From Pseudomonadales bacterium (GTDB lineage: Bacteria; Pseudomonadota; Gammaproteobacteria; Pseudomonadales; JAUIET01), in NCBI GenBank assembly GCA_045105115.1, contig JBGCDE010000056.1:13323-77322 (forward strand): a stretch of DNA of 64,000 bases, in the 5' to 3' direction. This document shows positions 38,248-48,033 of the stretch, piece by piece. The notes under the pieces are model-generated. The model was not told where the DNA came from and made no database searches. It saw nothing but the letters and a program-made list of their open reading frames with translations. The translations under genes and the position numbers were made by a program. The number at the start of each line of letters is the position of its first letter. Within the stretch, counting starts at the first letter, position 1.

Positions 38248-38910
38248 ATGGAGTTTCTAAACCGCACTCGCGGTTATAACCTGAACGAAATCATGGCGGA
38301 CAAGTCCGCTCTCACGCGGATCAACCGCATTGTAAAAGTCGCTACAGGTCCCGTGATCATGACCACCAGCGGTGGTGAGTTTTCAGCGCTAATGCCACAT
38401 TTGGTGAGACGGGCCAGCGGCAAGGATATTCCGTTGATATTCGTAGATACGCGCCATTACAGCAAACCGACCTACGATATGATCGACTATCTAAAAGCGG
38501 AGAACTTTGATGTCAGAACATTTACCGCAGAGTTTAGCCAGGAAGAAATTCTGGAGCAGTACCCGGATTGGTGGAGTGAAACTGATGAGAACTTCTCCCA
38601 AACGATATTTGACGAAGTAGTCAGAAAAATCAAGCACGAACCATTGGAGCGCGCCATTGATGAATTACGCCCGCAAATGTGGCTTAGTGGTTTAACCGGG
38701 TTCAAAACGGCCGCGCGCGCTAATAAATCCATTATCGAATATAACGCTCGCGAGATTGTGAAACTTCACCCAATAATTGATTGGGACAAAGACGACGTAG
38801 AGGAATACCTCAATTGGCATTCGCTTCCTAAAAATGTACATCACTTCGATATAACGAAGGGTCTTGATCAAAAGAACGAGTGCGGCATTCACACCACGTT
38901 TGGTGAATAG
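38248..38910 (+). CDS. Phosphoadenosine-phosphosulfate reductase family protein (CysH-like)
   Basis: PAPS_reduct pattern PLIFVDTRHYSKPTYDMIDYL..WLSGLTGFKTAAR and the CysH-type C-terminal ECGIH motif. There are no Fe-S Cys pairs. Confidence 0.65.
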   Translation: MEFLNRTRGYNLNEIMADKSALTRINRIVKVATGPVIMTTSGGEFSALMPHLVRRASGKDIPLIFVDTRHYSKPTYDMIDYLKAENFDVRTFTAEFSQEEILEQYPDWWSETDENFSQTIFDEVVRKIKHEPLERAIDELRPQMWLSGLTGFKTAARANKSIIEYNAREIVKLHPIIDWDKDDVEEYLNWHSLPKNVHHFDITKGLDQKNECGIHTTFGE

Positions 38911-38926
38911 CCCGCAAACAGGCTGC

Positions 38927-39424
38927 TTAACTCATACCTGGCAGATCTTTAGGCACAATAAAATCCAGTAGTTCGCCGTTGGTTTCCGAGATGTCTGCCC
39001 AAGCATCCATCTCAAAACTGATTCGCGCGTAACCACAAGTGGGCACGTTATCAATTCGCACATTGCTACGTTGATTGCAAAATTCTGTGATGGCCGGATT
39101 GTGTCCTACGAGCAACACCTCATTATAACTGTCTGCCAGTTTCGCAACACACTCCTGCAATGCCCGCCAGTCAAAGGTATACATTGACTCTTCGGTAAAC
39201 CAGTCGCCAAAGTTGATCACATTGGCAACACCCTGAATGGTTTGCTGAGCACGCAGTGCCGGGCTAACAACCACGTACTCGAAACTGCAACCGGCTAGCT
39301 CAATAGCAGCAGCCATCTGCACACTGGCTTTCTCACCACGTGCATTCAAAGGTCGGTCAATGTCTTCCAGACCACCAGTAGCCCAGCTGGATTTTGCATG
39401 ACGCAATAGATTCAGAGTTTTCAT
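38927..39424 (-). CDS. Histidine-phosphatase family protein (SixA-like)
   Basis: MKTLNLLRHAKSSW (RHG-type catalytic motif), ..RPLNARGEKA..VSPALRAQQT..LLVGHNP. Confidence 0.7.
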   Translation of the reverse strand: MKTLNLLRHAKSSWATGGLEDIDRPLNARGEKASVQMAAAIELAGCSFEYVVVSPALRAQQTIQGVANVINFGDWFTEESMYTFDWRALQECVAKLADSYNEVLLVGHNPAITEFCNQRSNVRIDNVPTCGYARISFEMDAWADISETNGELLDFIVPKDLPGMS

Positions 39425-39512
39425 AGCGATAGCACGCATTCGAAGTTTGGAGTGGGTATGCTAATGCTATCATTGCGCCCCCTCGCACGATAGCTCTAGA
39501 AAACTTCTGAAC

Positions 39513-40736
39513 GTGAACTCCGCGCACACCCCTATTTCAAACAAAACTGTCGCCGTTCTAGCGCTACTGATTATGATGGGAGCAGCCGCTTCGGATGCCA
39601 TCATTGCCATTATTCCGGCAATAGCTAAAGATGCGGGCGTAGATATTGGGCATGCGCAGCTAATGATTACGCTGTTTATTGGCGGCTATTCATTTGGTCA
39701 GATTCCCAGCGGCTATCTTGGTGATCGCTTTGGCCGACTTCCAACCTTATACGCGGGCACCATTTTGTTTTGCCTGGCCAGTTTTCTTTGTTTGCTACTG
39801 GATGACTTCTATCAATTGCTGGCAGCTCGCTTCTTGCAGGGCGTTGGCGCATCAACCGGCGCTGTTTTGTCACGCGGTATCGCCAGAGATCTGCGCAGCG
39901 GCGTAGAGCTTGCGCGACTGTTGGCAATTCTTGGCGTTGCATTGAGCACTACCACGGTTGTAGCACCACTGCTGGGTGCTTGGGTGGCCAGTTATATTCA
40001 TTGGAGCTGGCTGTTTGCGTTTTATGTTGCACAAGGTCTTGTTACTCTGGTTTTGTGTTATTTGTGGCTGGAAGAAACGCACCCTCGAATTCGAGCAGAA
40101 AAATCGAATATCAACGCTGAGCAAATACCGCGTATGCTGCCATTGAAAGAATGCGCACGTTTGTTTTTCGCTAGCAAGCAGTCCGTTTGGGCAACTGGAA
40201 TGATGGCGTTTGGGTTTTTTGGCATGATGTCTATCCTCTGCTTGTTTGGCACCATCGTTATTCAATATCACGGTATTGCGATGAAATACGCTGGTCCCTT
40301 ACTCAGCCTGGGTATCTTGTTTTTTGTGGCTGGTAACGTATTCAGCCACCGACTGGTCGCCAGAATGGGAAGCTTAAAGCTGGTGCGGTTTTCGGTGATT
40401 CTGTTCTGCGCATCAGCACTGGTGTTTACGGTCAGCTGGTATCTCAGCAGCGAATTGCTCAGCACATTTTGGTTCGCCTCAGTTTTGTATTTTTTCGGCA
40501 TTGGACTGCTGTTTCCGAATATCTCCAGCATTGCACTTAACCCATTGCCGGGTGTGGCAGGTTTTGCGTCATCAATATTAGGCACAATCCAGACTTTTTT
40601 CGCGTTTCTTGCCGCTCTTATAGGCGGCTTGCTGTACAGCGGGGATTTCAGCAACGTGACTTTCGGTGTATTGGTTGCCGCAATCGCAACACTTGCGCTA
40701 TACCAAAAGCGCCCCATCATTTCTGATCATTCCTGA
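39513..40736 (+). CDS. MFS transporter (Bcr/CflA drug-resistance subfamily-like)
   Basis: 12 TM segments with the MFS motif GYLGDRFGRLPTL. GTG start. Confidence 0.8.
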   Translation: MNSAHTPISNKTVAVLALLIMMGAAASDAIIAIIPAIAKDAGVDIGHAQLMITLFIGGYSFGQIPSGYLGDRFGRLPTLYAGTILFCLASFLCLLLDDFYQLLAARFLQGVGASTGAVLSRGIARDLRSGVELARLLAILGVALSTTTVVAPLLGAWVASYIHWSWLFAFYVAQGLVTLVLCYLWLEETHPRIRAEKSNINAEQIPRMLPLKECARLFFASKQSVWATGMMAFGFFGMMSILCLFGTIVIQYHGIAMKYAGPLLSLGILFFVAGNVFSHRLVARMGSLKLVRFSVILFCASALVFTVSWYLSSELLSTFWFASVLYFFGIGLLFPNISSIALNPLPGVAGFASSILGTIQTFFAFLAALIGGLLYSGDFSNVTFGVLVAAIATLALYQKRPIISDHS

Positions 40737-40740
40737 CAGC

Positions 40741-40768
40741 TGTTGAAAAAGCGCCATGTTGTTACAAT
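40741..40768 (+). promoter_or_regulatory. Putative sigma70 promoter giving a leaderless mRNA for the Rieske oxygenase gene
   Basis: TGTTGA (40741-40746), 16 nt, then TACAAT (40763-40768). The ATG at 40775 lies 7 nt after the -10 box and has no Shine-Dalgarno. Confidence 0.25.
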
Positions 40769-40774
40769 AGCCGG

Positions 40775-41923
40775 ATGCAAAACGCCGAACCTATCCTGGA
40801 CCAGCTGCAGCGCCTTCTTGACCTGGCAACTGGCCGCGCTGAAGGGCCCGCACCTTGTCTGCACCGCATTCCTGTAGACCTGTACGCCAGCCAGGAACAC
40901 TTTGAACGGGAATGGGAAACCATATTCTCTCGCCGTCCCTTGGTACTTTGCCACAGCAGCCAGCTGCCCAAGGCCGGTAGCAGCCTGGTACATGATGAAT
41001 TTGGCTTACCGCTAATAACCGCGCGAGACGACACAGGGGTGGTTCGCACGTTTATGAATGTGTGCCGCCACCGCAATATGCGTTTGGTGAACGCTACAGG
41101 ATTTCATGAACTTAAATCACTGGTATGCCCCTACCATCAATGGACTTATGGAATTGACGGTCAACTGCGCAACATTCCACGTGAAGCCGACTTTTGTGAC
41201 ATTAACAAAGCCGATTTAGGTTTAGTGGAATTACCCACCGAAGAACGCGATGGTCTTGTGTGGTTTAAACTCGCACCCAGAGGACGGATTGATCTGGATG
41301 AGTATCTAAGCGACATTGGACCAGATCTGGTCGCGTTCGGCCTGGCAGATGCGGTCGTGTATACCGAGCACACGCGCGAACTGCAATGTAATTGGAAGCT
41401 GATACACGATGCTTTTCTGGACGGCTACCACGTTATTCGCCTGCACAAAAATACAGTGGGCGATTTTTTCCCTGACTGCGTTTCATCCTCTGAGCAATGC
41501 GGCATGCACATTCGCTCTGCGGTCGCACGAAACGAAATTTTCGATGCCGACAAGCAGCAACGTAATGAATGGGATCCCCGCCTGTTAAGTACGTTTGCTT
41601 ACACATTGTTTCCCAACGCTATTGTTATCATGCACCCTGACTACACCAGTCTACTGCGCATGGTACCAATGTCAGCCGACAGAACCCTTTTCTCACACAG
41701 CATGTTACTGAGTGAGATGCCCAATTCGGATAAAGCCAGGGCTCATTTCGATAAGTCTTTTGATCTAATTGACCAAGGGGTCTTTCAGGCAGAAGATATT
41801 TTTGTGTGTGAAGGCGCGCAGAAAGGGATTCGATCAGGGGCTAATCAAGACCTTTTGCTTGGCGCCAACGAAATTGCCGTTAAGCAATTTCATGACTTGG
41901 TAGAACGCGAGGTCAACGGCTGA
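40775..41923 (+). CDS. Rieske [2Fe-2S] non-heme-iron oxygenase, alpha subunit
   Basis: Rieske ligands CRHRNMRL..CPYHQWTY and the catalytic-domain His pair DAFLDGYHVIRLH. Confidence 0.8.
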   Translation: MQNAEPILDQLQRLLDLATGRAEGPAPCLHRIPVDLYASQEHFEREWETIFSRRPLVLCHSSQLPKAGSSLVHDEFGLPLITARDDTGVVRTFMNVCRHRNMRLVNATGFHELKSLVCPYHQWTYGIDGQLRNIPREADFCDINKADLGLVELPTEERDGLVWFKLAPRGRIDLDEYLSDIGPDLVAFGLADAVVYTEHTRELQCNWKLIHDAFLDGYHVIRLHKNTVGDFFPDCVSSSEQCGMHIRSAVARNEIFDADKQQRNEWDPRLLSTFAYTLFPNAIVIMHPDYTSLLRMVPMSADRTLFSHSMLLSEMPNSDKARAHFDKSFDLIDQGVFQAEDIFVCEGAQKGIRSGANQDLLLGANEIAVKQFHDLVEREVNG

Positions 41924-42126
41924 AGATCCGTAATTAAACAGTGTAAATTGTGGTTAAGCTATTGGGCTTTTGCGACTTATACAACCCTTATTCGCTGGAT
42001 TCCTCTGTATACAGGCAGTATTATTCCGCCTTAAGCCCCTGCGGCTCAGTGCGGCTTCAGCGGAACTTATCTGATGCCTACGTTTCTAATAATGACAGGG
42101 CTTTTGCTCGATACATGCATTAAAAA

Positions 42127-42717
42127 ATGATACTCAAGTTCCGTCGCCTTCTTACCCTAATATTTGTCTTCAGCTGCTCGCCCGCATTGCTGGCAGATGA
42201 AGCGGCGTTGCGCAGCACTATCGAGCAATTTCACAACGTTTTGATTGATGTGATGAAAAGTGACGCAGAATTTCAGGAACGCTACACCACTTTGGAAACC
42301 GCGATTGACACGACTTTCGATATGAAAACAGTATCGCGCATGAGTGTTGGTACGCCATGGCGAAAACTGGACGCCGACGCCAAACAGGAATTCAGCCAAT
42401 TAATGCGTGAGCTTATCACCGCTACTTACGCAGATCGCTTTGACAGCTTCAATGACCAGTCATTCGAGATTGTGAGCATTGCAGAGCCACGCCCCGGCCG
42501 TTGGTTGATTAGAACCCGCCTTATTCGTAAAAGCGGTAAACCAGTATCACTTGATTATTACTTCAAAGGTCAGCGCGTGTTCAATGTGGTCGCCGACGGC
42601 GTTTCAGATCTTGCCGTGCGCCGCGCAGACTATACCGCGGTACTAAATACCGATGGATTTCAAGGACTGTTAGACAGCGTCCGCGCTAATATCGCCGGAC
42701 TTCGGAATGAGTCTTGA
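42127..42717 (+). CDS. MlaC/Ttg2D-like periplasmic lipid-binding protein
   Basis: Signal peptide, then the Ttg2D-type pattern FDMKTVSRMSVGTPWRKLDADAKQEFSQLMRELITATYADRF..YFKGQRVFNVVADGVSDL. Confidence 0.65.
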   Translation: MILKFRRLLTLIFVFSCSPALLADEAALRSTIEQFHNVLIDVMKSDAEFQERYTTLETAIDTTFDMKTVSRMSVGTPWRKLDADAKQEFSQLMRELITATYADRFDSFNDQSFEIVSIAEPRPGRWLIRTRLIRKSGKPVSLDYYFKGQRVFNVVADGVSDLAVRRADYTAVLNTDGFQGLLDSVRANIAGLRNES

Positions 42718-43492
42718 CCATTCCTGTCATCTGATAGCCACATGCCTACTTATTGCCAGCCTTGCTTCTTGCAGTACTCTGCAAGGACCTGAGCTTGGTG
42801 TATATGATCGCAATGAGTCGATCAATAGAAGCAGCTTTAACATCATGGAAGGTTTCGATACGTTTATCGGTAAACCCGCCGCTCGCGCCTATCAAACATT
42901 GCTGCCAGATTGGGCGGAAAAAGGCATAAGCCATTTTTTTTTGAATCTTCGTACTGTCGACAGCGCACTGAATGCGTATTTGCAGGGCAATGTTGAAGCG
43001 GGCACAAAAAATGTCGGTCGAGTGTTAATCAATTCAACCTTAGGAGTGGGCGGCTTGTTTGATGTTGCGTCACAAATGAATATTGATTATCGGCAAGAAG
43101 ACTTCGGCCAAACATTAGCTCATTGGGGTTACACCCGATCGCGCTACGTGTACTTTCCTGTCATAGGTCCCACCACGGTTCGCGATCTACCGGGAGATCT
43201 GTTCCATCTGATTATTTCACCACGGCTGTTACTGGGTAATGGCTATGACGTTTGGGTGGGATCAGTGGATACTTTGTCGCGCCGCTCAGATGCCCTGCTG
43301 TTAACTGACGCACGTGATGATGCGGCCTTAGACAAATACATTTTTACTCGTGAAGCATTCAACCAGAAACGCCGGTTTGACATACTAAACGGGCAATTGC
43401 CAGTAGACGACTCAATGTTTGATGACCTGGATGACTGGGACGACCTGGACGCAGATGATTCCGTTGAAACTACCCGTGATCCGGCTGAATGA
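42707..43492 (+). CDS. MlaA/VacJ-family outer-membrane lipoprotein
   Basis: Lipobox LASCST and VacJ motifs YDRNESINRSSFNIMEGFD..PAARAYQTLLP..GISHFFLNLR..NSTLGVGGLFDVAS..EDFGQTLAHWG. It overlaps the preceding gene by 11 nt. Confidence 0.8.
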   Translation: MSLDHSCHLIATCLLIASLASCSTLQGPELGVYDRNESINRSSFNIMEGFDTFIGKPAARAYQTLLPDWAEKGISHFFLNLRTVDSALNAYLQGNVEAGTKNVGRVLINSTLGVGGLFDVASQMNIDYRQEDFGQTLAHWGYTRSRYVYFPVIGPTTVRDLPGDLFHLIISPRLLLGNGYDVWVGSVDTLSRRSDALLLTDARDDAALDKYIFTREAFNQKRRFDILNGQLPVDDSMFDDLDDWDDLDADDSVETTRDPAE

Positions 43493-46071
43493 ACGACAAC
43501 AAGCTTAAGCAGCTGCTTGGCAGCTGGGTTGGACTATGCTGGAATCACGGTCAGCTTGTTTTATTCGGTTTACTTCTAACGACGGTGCTTGCAGGAACCT
43601 ACGCTGCAACCGAATTTCGAATGTATTCCAAATTGGGCGAACTCATTCGCCAGGAAGGCGACTGGAAAAAACAGTGGGACGATTACAAAACACAGTTTCC
43701 GTCACTGATAGAAACAGTAATTGTGGTTGTCTCTTCTGACTCAAGAGCGGAAGTGGATTACCTGGCTACCCAGCTGAACAGCACTTTCTTACAGCAGGCA
43801 GACAAGTACTCAGACGTATTCTCTCCCACAGCCGATTCGTTTATGCGTGATCGCGCCTTGCTCTACTTACCTGTCGATGAACTTGAACAAGTTAGCAACC
43901 GCCTGATTGAAGCCCAGCCTATGCTAACCCGATTTGCACAAGACCCAAGCTTGCGTGGCGTGCTGGGCTTGATCATTGACGGCATGAGTAACGACGCACC
44001 AGAAGGCTTTCAACGAATTATGTCTTCAGTCGCAAATGCTTCAGACCAGGCATTGCTGTCAAACCAGCGCCAGCTATGGGGTGATGAGTTTTTGAGTCAC
44101 AGCAATGAAGGTTTGCACTATGCGATGATTTTTCTAAAAGGCCCACAAAGCTTTACTGAAAAACTTCCTAACTCTGAACTACTAAAAAATGTACGCGCTG
44201 AAATTGCAGCTCTCCCCTTGCCTGGAAATGCGCGCGTACAACTCACCGGTGAAGTTGCACTTTCCCATGAAGAAATTGGCGCAGCGATGCATGGCGTCAA
44301 AATTGCTGGCTTTGTCAGCGCTGTCGCATTGATAATAATTCTCGGGTTTGGGGTACGCTCGGCGCATATAGTGCTTGCGTGTGCGTCAATGCTACTGACC
44401 GGGGTTGTTTGGACAGCTGCATTAGCCTTATTCCTGGTTGGCAGTTTTAATACTATTTCACTGATTTTTCTGGTGATGTTTCTGGGCCTGGGTGTCGACT
44501 TCGCCTTACATTTTTGCCTACGCTTTAACGAAGCCTTATACGGTCACGAAAAACCCGCTGAAGCCATCCAGCACTCGACGCGCAGTGTGGGCGGCGCCAT
44601 TAGCTTGTGCACAGTAACTACCGCAGTTGGATTCATGGGGTTCTGGCCAACTGATTACCTGGGGTTAGCGGAACTTGGCGTGATTTCTGCCGCGGGCATG
44701 CTTGTGGCCGGTCTACTGACCTTTAGTTTTTTACCCGCGTTTTTCAGTGTGTTTGGTGCACCATCACCCACCCGAAGTGTTGATCTATTGTTGTCCGAGC
44801 GATTCCTTGCTGTGCTGCGACCACGTAAGCGCAGTGTGTTTATCTCGCTTGGTGTGCTAACCGTTGCCGCGCTGATTCTCGACAGCCGCATGTATTTCGA
44901 TTACAGCGTATTGGCAATGCGAGATAAGCAAGCAGAATCAATGCGGGCAATGTCTGAGCTGGCAGACGCTGGTGAGATTACAGACTACAGCATGGCCTTA
45001 CTCAGTAATGAGCTAATTCTTGACCCAAACCTGGAACGCAAACTTGAAGCTTTAGCTGAAGTTGACAGCGTTCGCTCAGCTCACAAAATAGTACCCGAAC
45101 ACAATGAAGACAGAGAATTCATTCTGGAAGAACTGCGTGATATTTTGTGGAGCGCCATCGAGCCTTCTACACTTCAGCCAGCGCCAACTAGCGAAGAATT
45201 AAGAACGCTGCTGGCAGAAACGATCACAGCCATTCGCGAAGGCGAAACCAGCACTTCTAACACTGAGAATGCGCAGCGTTTGGCCAGCACATTGGAACAA
45301 GCGCTCGCGTCCTCCGACATTCTGCAGTGGCAGGAAAACGTGCTGGGAGATATGCCAGAACAACTACAATGGCTGCAGCACGCCTTGATCGCGGAACCAC
45401 CCAGCTATGAACAATTGCCCGCTGGTGTTCGGTCACGGCTACAGGGTTTGGATGGTCGGTTTCAACATACGATTTTACCAGCGGAGGATATCGTTGATGT
45501 GCGGTCACTAGGAGCGTATGTAGATAGCGTAAGAGCGGTCGCTCCTCAAGCAACCGGTCGGCCAGTGGTTGAGCAGGGTGTTGGTCGGGTAGTGGTCGAG
45601 TCTTTTAAGCAAGCGCTGTTGTTCGCCTTTGTCGCAGTGTCAATCATACTTATGCTGGCATTGCGTAACATCAAATACACTTTGATGGTATTGTTGCCAC
45701 TGATGCTCACAGCCGTCTTCACGGTTGCAATCGCCGTACTGATCGATATGCCCTTTAATATGGCCAACATACTGGTTTTACCCTTGATTTTTGGTCTGGG
45801 TGTAGATAATGGAATTCATGTAGTTGATCGTTTCCGGAATGAGGGTAACGTTGATGAGCTCGTGCATTCCAGTACACCGCGGGCGGTGCTACTGAGCACG
45901 CTAACCACAATAGGTACGTTTGCGTCACTTTCTTTATCGCCGCATGTTGGCACCGCATCGATAGGGATATTTCTGACCATTGCAGTAGCTTTCATTCTCA
46001 TATTCAGCGTTTTCCTGCTTCCCTTGTTGCTTGAAAACTTTGCCCCGCAAGTGAGCGCCACAGAAGAATGA
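43489..46071 (+). CDS. MMPL/RND-superfamily transporter (HpnN-like, 860 aa)
   Basis: Two 6-TM bundles with large periplasmic loops and GLGVDFALHF / GLGVDNGIHV motifs in TM4/TM10-like positions. ATGA overlaps occur at both ends. Confidence 0.8.
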   Translation: MNDNKLKQLLGSWVGLCWNHGQLVLFGLLLTTVLAGTYAATEFRMYSKLGELIRQEGDWKKQWDDYKTQFPSLIETVIVVVSSDSRAEVDYLATQLNSTFLQQADKYSDVFSPTADSFMRDRALLYLPVDELEQVSNRLIEAQPMLTRFAQDPSLRGVLGLIIDGMSNDAPEGFQRIMSSVANASDQALLSNQRQLWGDEFLSHSNEGLHYAMIFLKGPQSFTEKLPNSELLKNVRAEIAALPLPGNARVQLTGEVALSHEEIGAAMHGVKIAGFVSAVALIIILGFGVRSAHIVLACASMLLTGVVWTAALALFLVGSFNTISLIFLVMFLGLGVDFALHFCLRFNEALYGHEKPAEAIQHSTRSVGGAISLCTVTTAVGFMGFWPTDYLGLAELGVISAAGMLVAGLLTFSFLPAFFSVFGAPSPTRSVDLLLSERFLAVLRPRKRSVFISLGVLTVAALILDSRMYFDYSVLAMRDKQAESMRAMSELADAGEITDYSMALLSNELILDPNLERKLEALAEVDSVRSAHKIVPEHNEDREFILEELRDILWSAIEPSTLQPAPTSEELRTLLAETITAIREGETSTSNTENAQRLASTLEQALASSDILQWQENVLGDMPEQLQWLQHALIAEPPSYEQLPAGVRSRLQGLDGRFQHTILPAEDIVDVRSLGAYVDSVRAVAPQATGRPVVEQGVGRVVVESFKQALLFAFVAVSIILMLALRNIKYTLMVLLPLMLTAVFTVAIAVLIDMPFNMANILVLPLIFGLGVDNGIHVVDRFRNEGNVDELVHSSTPRAVLLSTLTTIGTFASLSLSPHVGTASIGIFLTIAVAFILIFSVFLLPLLLENFAPQVSATEE

Positions 46072-47957
46072 AGAGACTGCAGGCGCCGCTTCGCTGGCTA
46101 TTAGCGTTTCTGTTCGCGAATCTGTTACTGCGCGTATGGATGTGGTGGTATGAAAAGCCCAGTGGCGTATTCAAGGAAATAGCTGAAGTCGTTCAGGCCA
46201 TGGCTATTGGTTTGATAAACGATTCGATGCTATTTATCGTTTTTCTCGCGGCATTGGTACTAACAGCCCTGATTAAACCTGTGCTTGCCCGATTGCTACT
46301 GGCAATCAGCATTTTACTTTGGATACTGTTCGTCATAGTTGACGTATTTTTCTGGATAGATTTTGACGGTAGAGCTGACCGTCTGGTGTTTCACTACCTG
46401 GCGTTTCCTGTTGAAGTTCTGGTATTTCTCGAAGACCAGTTTGCATTAAGCCTGCTGATTCTGCCTCTCTTGTTGTTGGTTTATCTCGTTTATCGGCAAA
46501 TGTTGCCAAGCTTGAAGGCTCTGCAAACGACGATTGCACCCAGCAAAGGTGCTTGGGCGGTTAGCGCCATATGCGTGCTTGGTGGTCTTATTCAGTGGCA
46601 GCTCGAACCTCTGATGCCCTGGCCATCCAGACATTTGAACGACCTGGGCAGCAATGGTATGCAAAAGGTTTTTCATGCCGGTCTGATTGACGAAACGCAA
46701 TGGGAAGGCGTGTATGCCAGCCCTGCCTCTACTGCTCGCCATTCTTTAACCGAAGTAGCTGTGACAAGACATTCTAATGCTGGTAAAACGGCACCCGCAA
46801 AGCACGTGCTACTCATTATCGAAGAGTCTCTAGCAGGCCCCAACTGGTGGAACGAACAACGCCGCGCTCGCTACATGCCGCATTTTGATCGCTGGCGTAA
46901 GAAAGGTATTTACTTAAGTCATGTAATGGCGACAGGCACACGCACCACACGCGGTGTAGAGGCAATCTTGCACGGCGTGCCACCGCTACCAGGCATTGCG
47001 CTGAACCAACGCGATGGCTTTGAAAAGCTGAGTTCCTTACCGCGCGAACTGCAAAACGCCGGCTTTAAAACCAGCTTTGTGTATGGTGGTTGGCCAGGGT
47101 TTTCAAACTTCAAGCCATACTGGTCAAATATCGGATTTGACACCGTCTATACGCGCGACGACTTCAGCGATAAATGGTTTGAAACCTCCTGGGGCGTCGC
47201 CGATGAAATATTGTTTGATCGCGTACTGACAGAAATGGACGAAAAAACCCAAGCACATGAGCGCGTGTTTGTCTCAACGCTCACTGTCAGCAATCACCGC
47301 CCATACGATTTCCCTGACGAGCGCATTGAATACCCTGCCGATGAACGCAAACAGGAGTATGCCGTGGCGTACGCCGACTGGGCATTGGGGCAGTTCCTGG
47401 ACAAAGCACAACAAAAGCCATGGTTTAAAGATACGTTGATTATCATCACACCAGATCACGGACCCAATCCGCAGGGCGACAGCCTGATACCGATAGACAG
47501 CTACCGTCTGCCGGCTATTATGCTTGTGCCCGGGCTATCACCGTCAGAGCGACAAGGTGTTGGTTCTCTTATGGACATTCCAATGACCGTGGTTAGTACG
47601 CTAGGACTGCAAAACACCGAGGGCTTTATTGGCAGGAACTTGCTTGAAGAAAATGTCAGTGGCGTTGCTCCAGTAGAGCATGACTACTTGCTGGGTTTGT
47701 ACGACGGGCATTCGCTCACTGTGTTGCGCCGCAATGAGCGGGTAGCGGCATGGCAACGCGGCTTGCACGGTGAATTAGTGCCCGCGCAGCCGCAAGAACA
47801 GATGAGCAATGCGGCATTGTCGCTATTTCGCTACGCGCACGAACGCTACATAGAGCCCAACACAAATACGCAGCATGAGGCGCAACTCAGCACCGTGTTG
47901 CCAGTGTATTCGCTTCAGTATTTGCTCAGTCCCTCCGCCACTCGCACGCAGCACTAA
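46068..47957 (+). CDS. LTA-synthase/sulfatase-family membrane enzyme (alkaline-phosphatase superfamily; phosphoglycerol/phosphoethanolamine-transferase-like)
   Basis: An N-terminal ~5-TM domain is followed by an extracytoplasmic sulfatase-fold domain (HVLLIIEESL..MATGTRTTRGVEAIL..TLTVSNHRPY..IIITPDHGP). Confidence 0.7.
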   Translation: MKRLQAPLRWLLAFLFANLLLRVWMWWYEKPSGVFKEIAEVVQAMAIGLINDSMLFIVFLAALVLTALIKPVLARLLLAISILLWILFVIVDVFFWIDFDGRADRLVFHYLAFPVEVLVFLEDQFALSLLILPLLLLVYLVYRQMLPSLKALQTTIAPSKGAWAVSAICVLGGLIQWQLEPLMPWPSRHLNDLGSNGMQKVFHAGLIDETQWEGVYASPASTARHSLTEVAVTRHSNAGKTAPAKHVLLIIEESLAGPNWWNEQRRARYMPHFDRWRKKGIYLSHVMATGTRTTRGVEAILHGVPPLPGIALNQRDGFEKLSSLPRELQNAGFKTSFVYGGWPGFSNFKPYWSNIGFDTVYTRDDFSDKWFETSWGVADEILFDRVLTEMDEKTQAHERVFVSTLTVSNHRPYDFPDERIEYPADERKQEYAVAYADWALGQFLDKAQQKPWFKDTLIIITPDHGPNPQGDSLIPIDSYRLPAIMLVPGLSPSERQGVGSLMDIPMTVVSTLGLQNTEGFIGRNLLEENVSGVAPVEHDYLLGLYDGHSLTVLRRNERVAAWQRGLHGELVPAQPQEQMSNAALSLFRYAHERYIEPNTNTQHEAQLSTVLPVYSLQYLLSPSATRTQH

Positions 47958-48033
47958 TCCGTACGCTACAAGCGTGTAACCCAATATCACCGAACGCGGC
48001 GCATAATGGGCTTTACAGCGGAGGAAACTGGAC

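Noticed and set aside
38248-38910. PAPS-reductase-family gene as part of a Dnd/Ssp phosphorothioation or BREX-type defence system
   Set aside because: No DndA/B/D/E, Ssp, PglX/Z or ATPase partners are present. The CysH-type ECGIH C-terminus fits a sulfur-assimilation-type enzyme.
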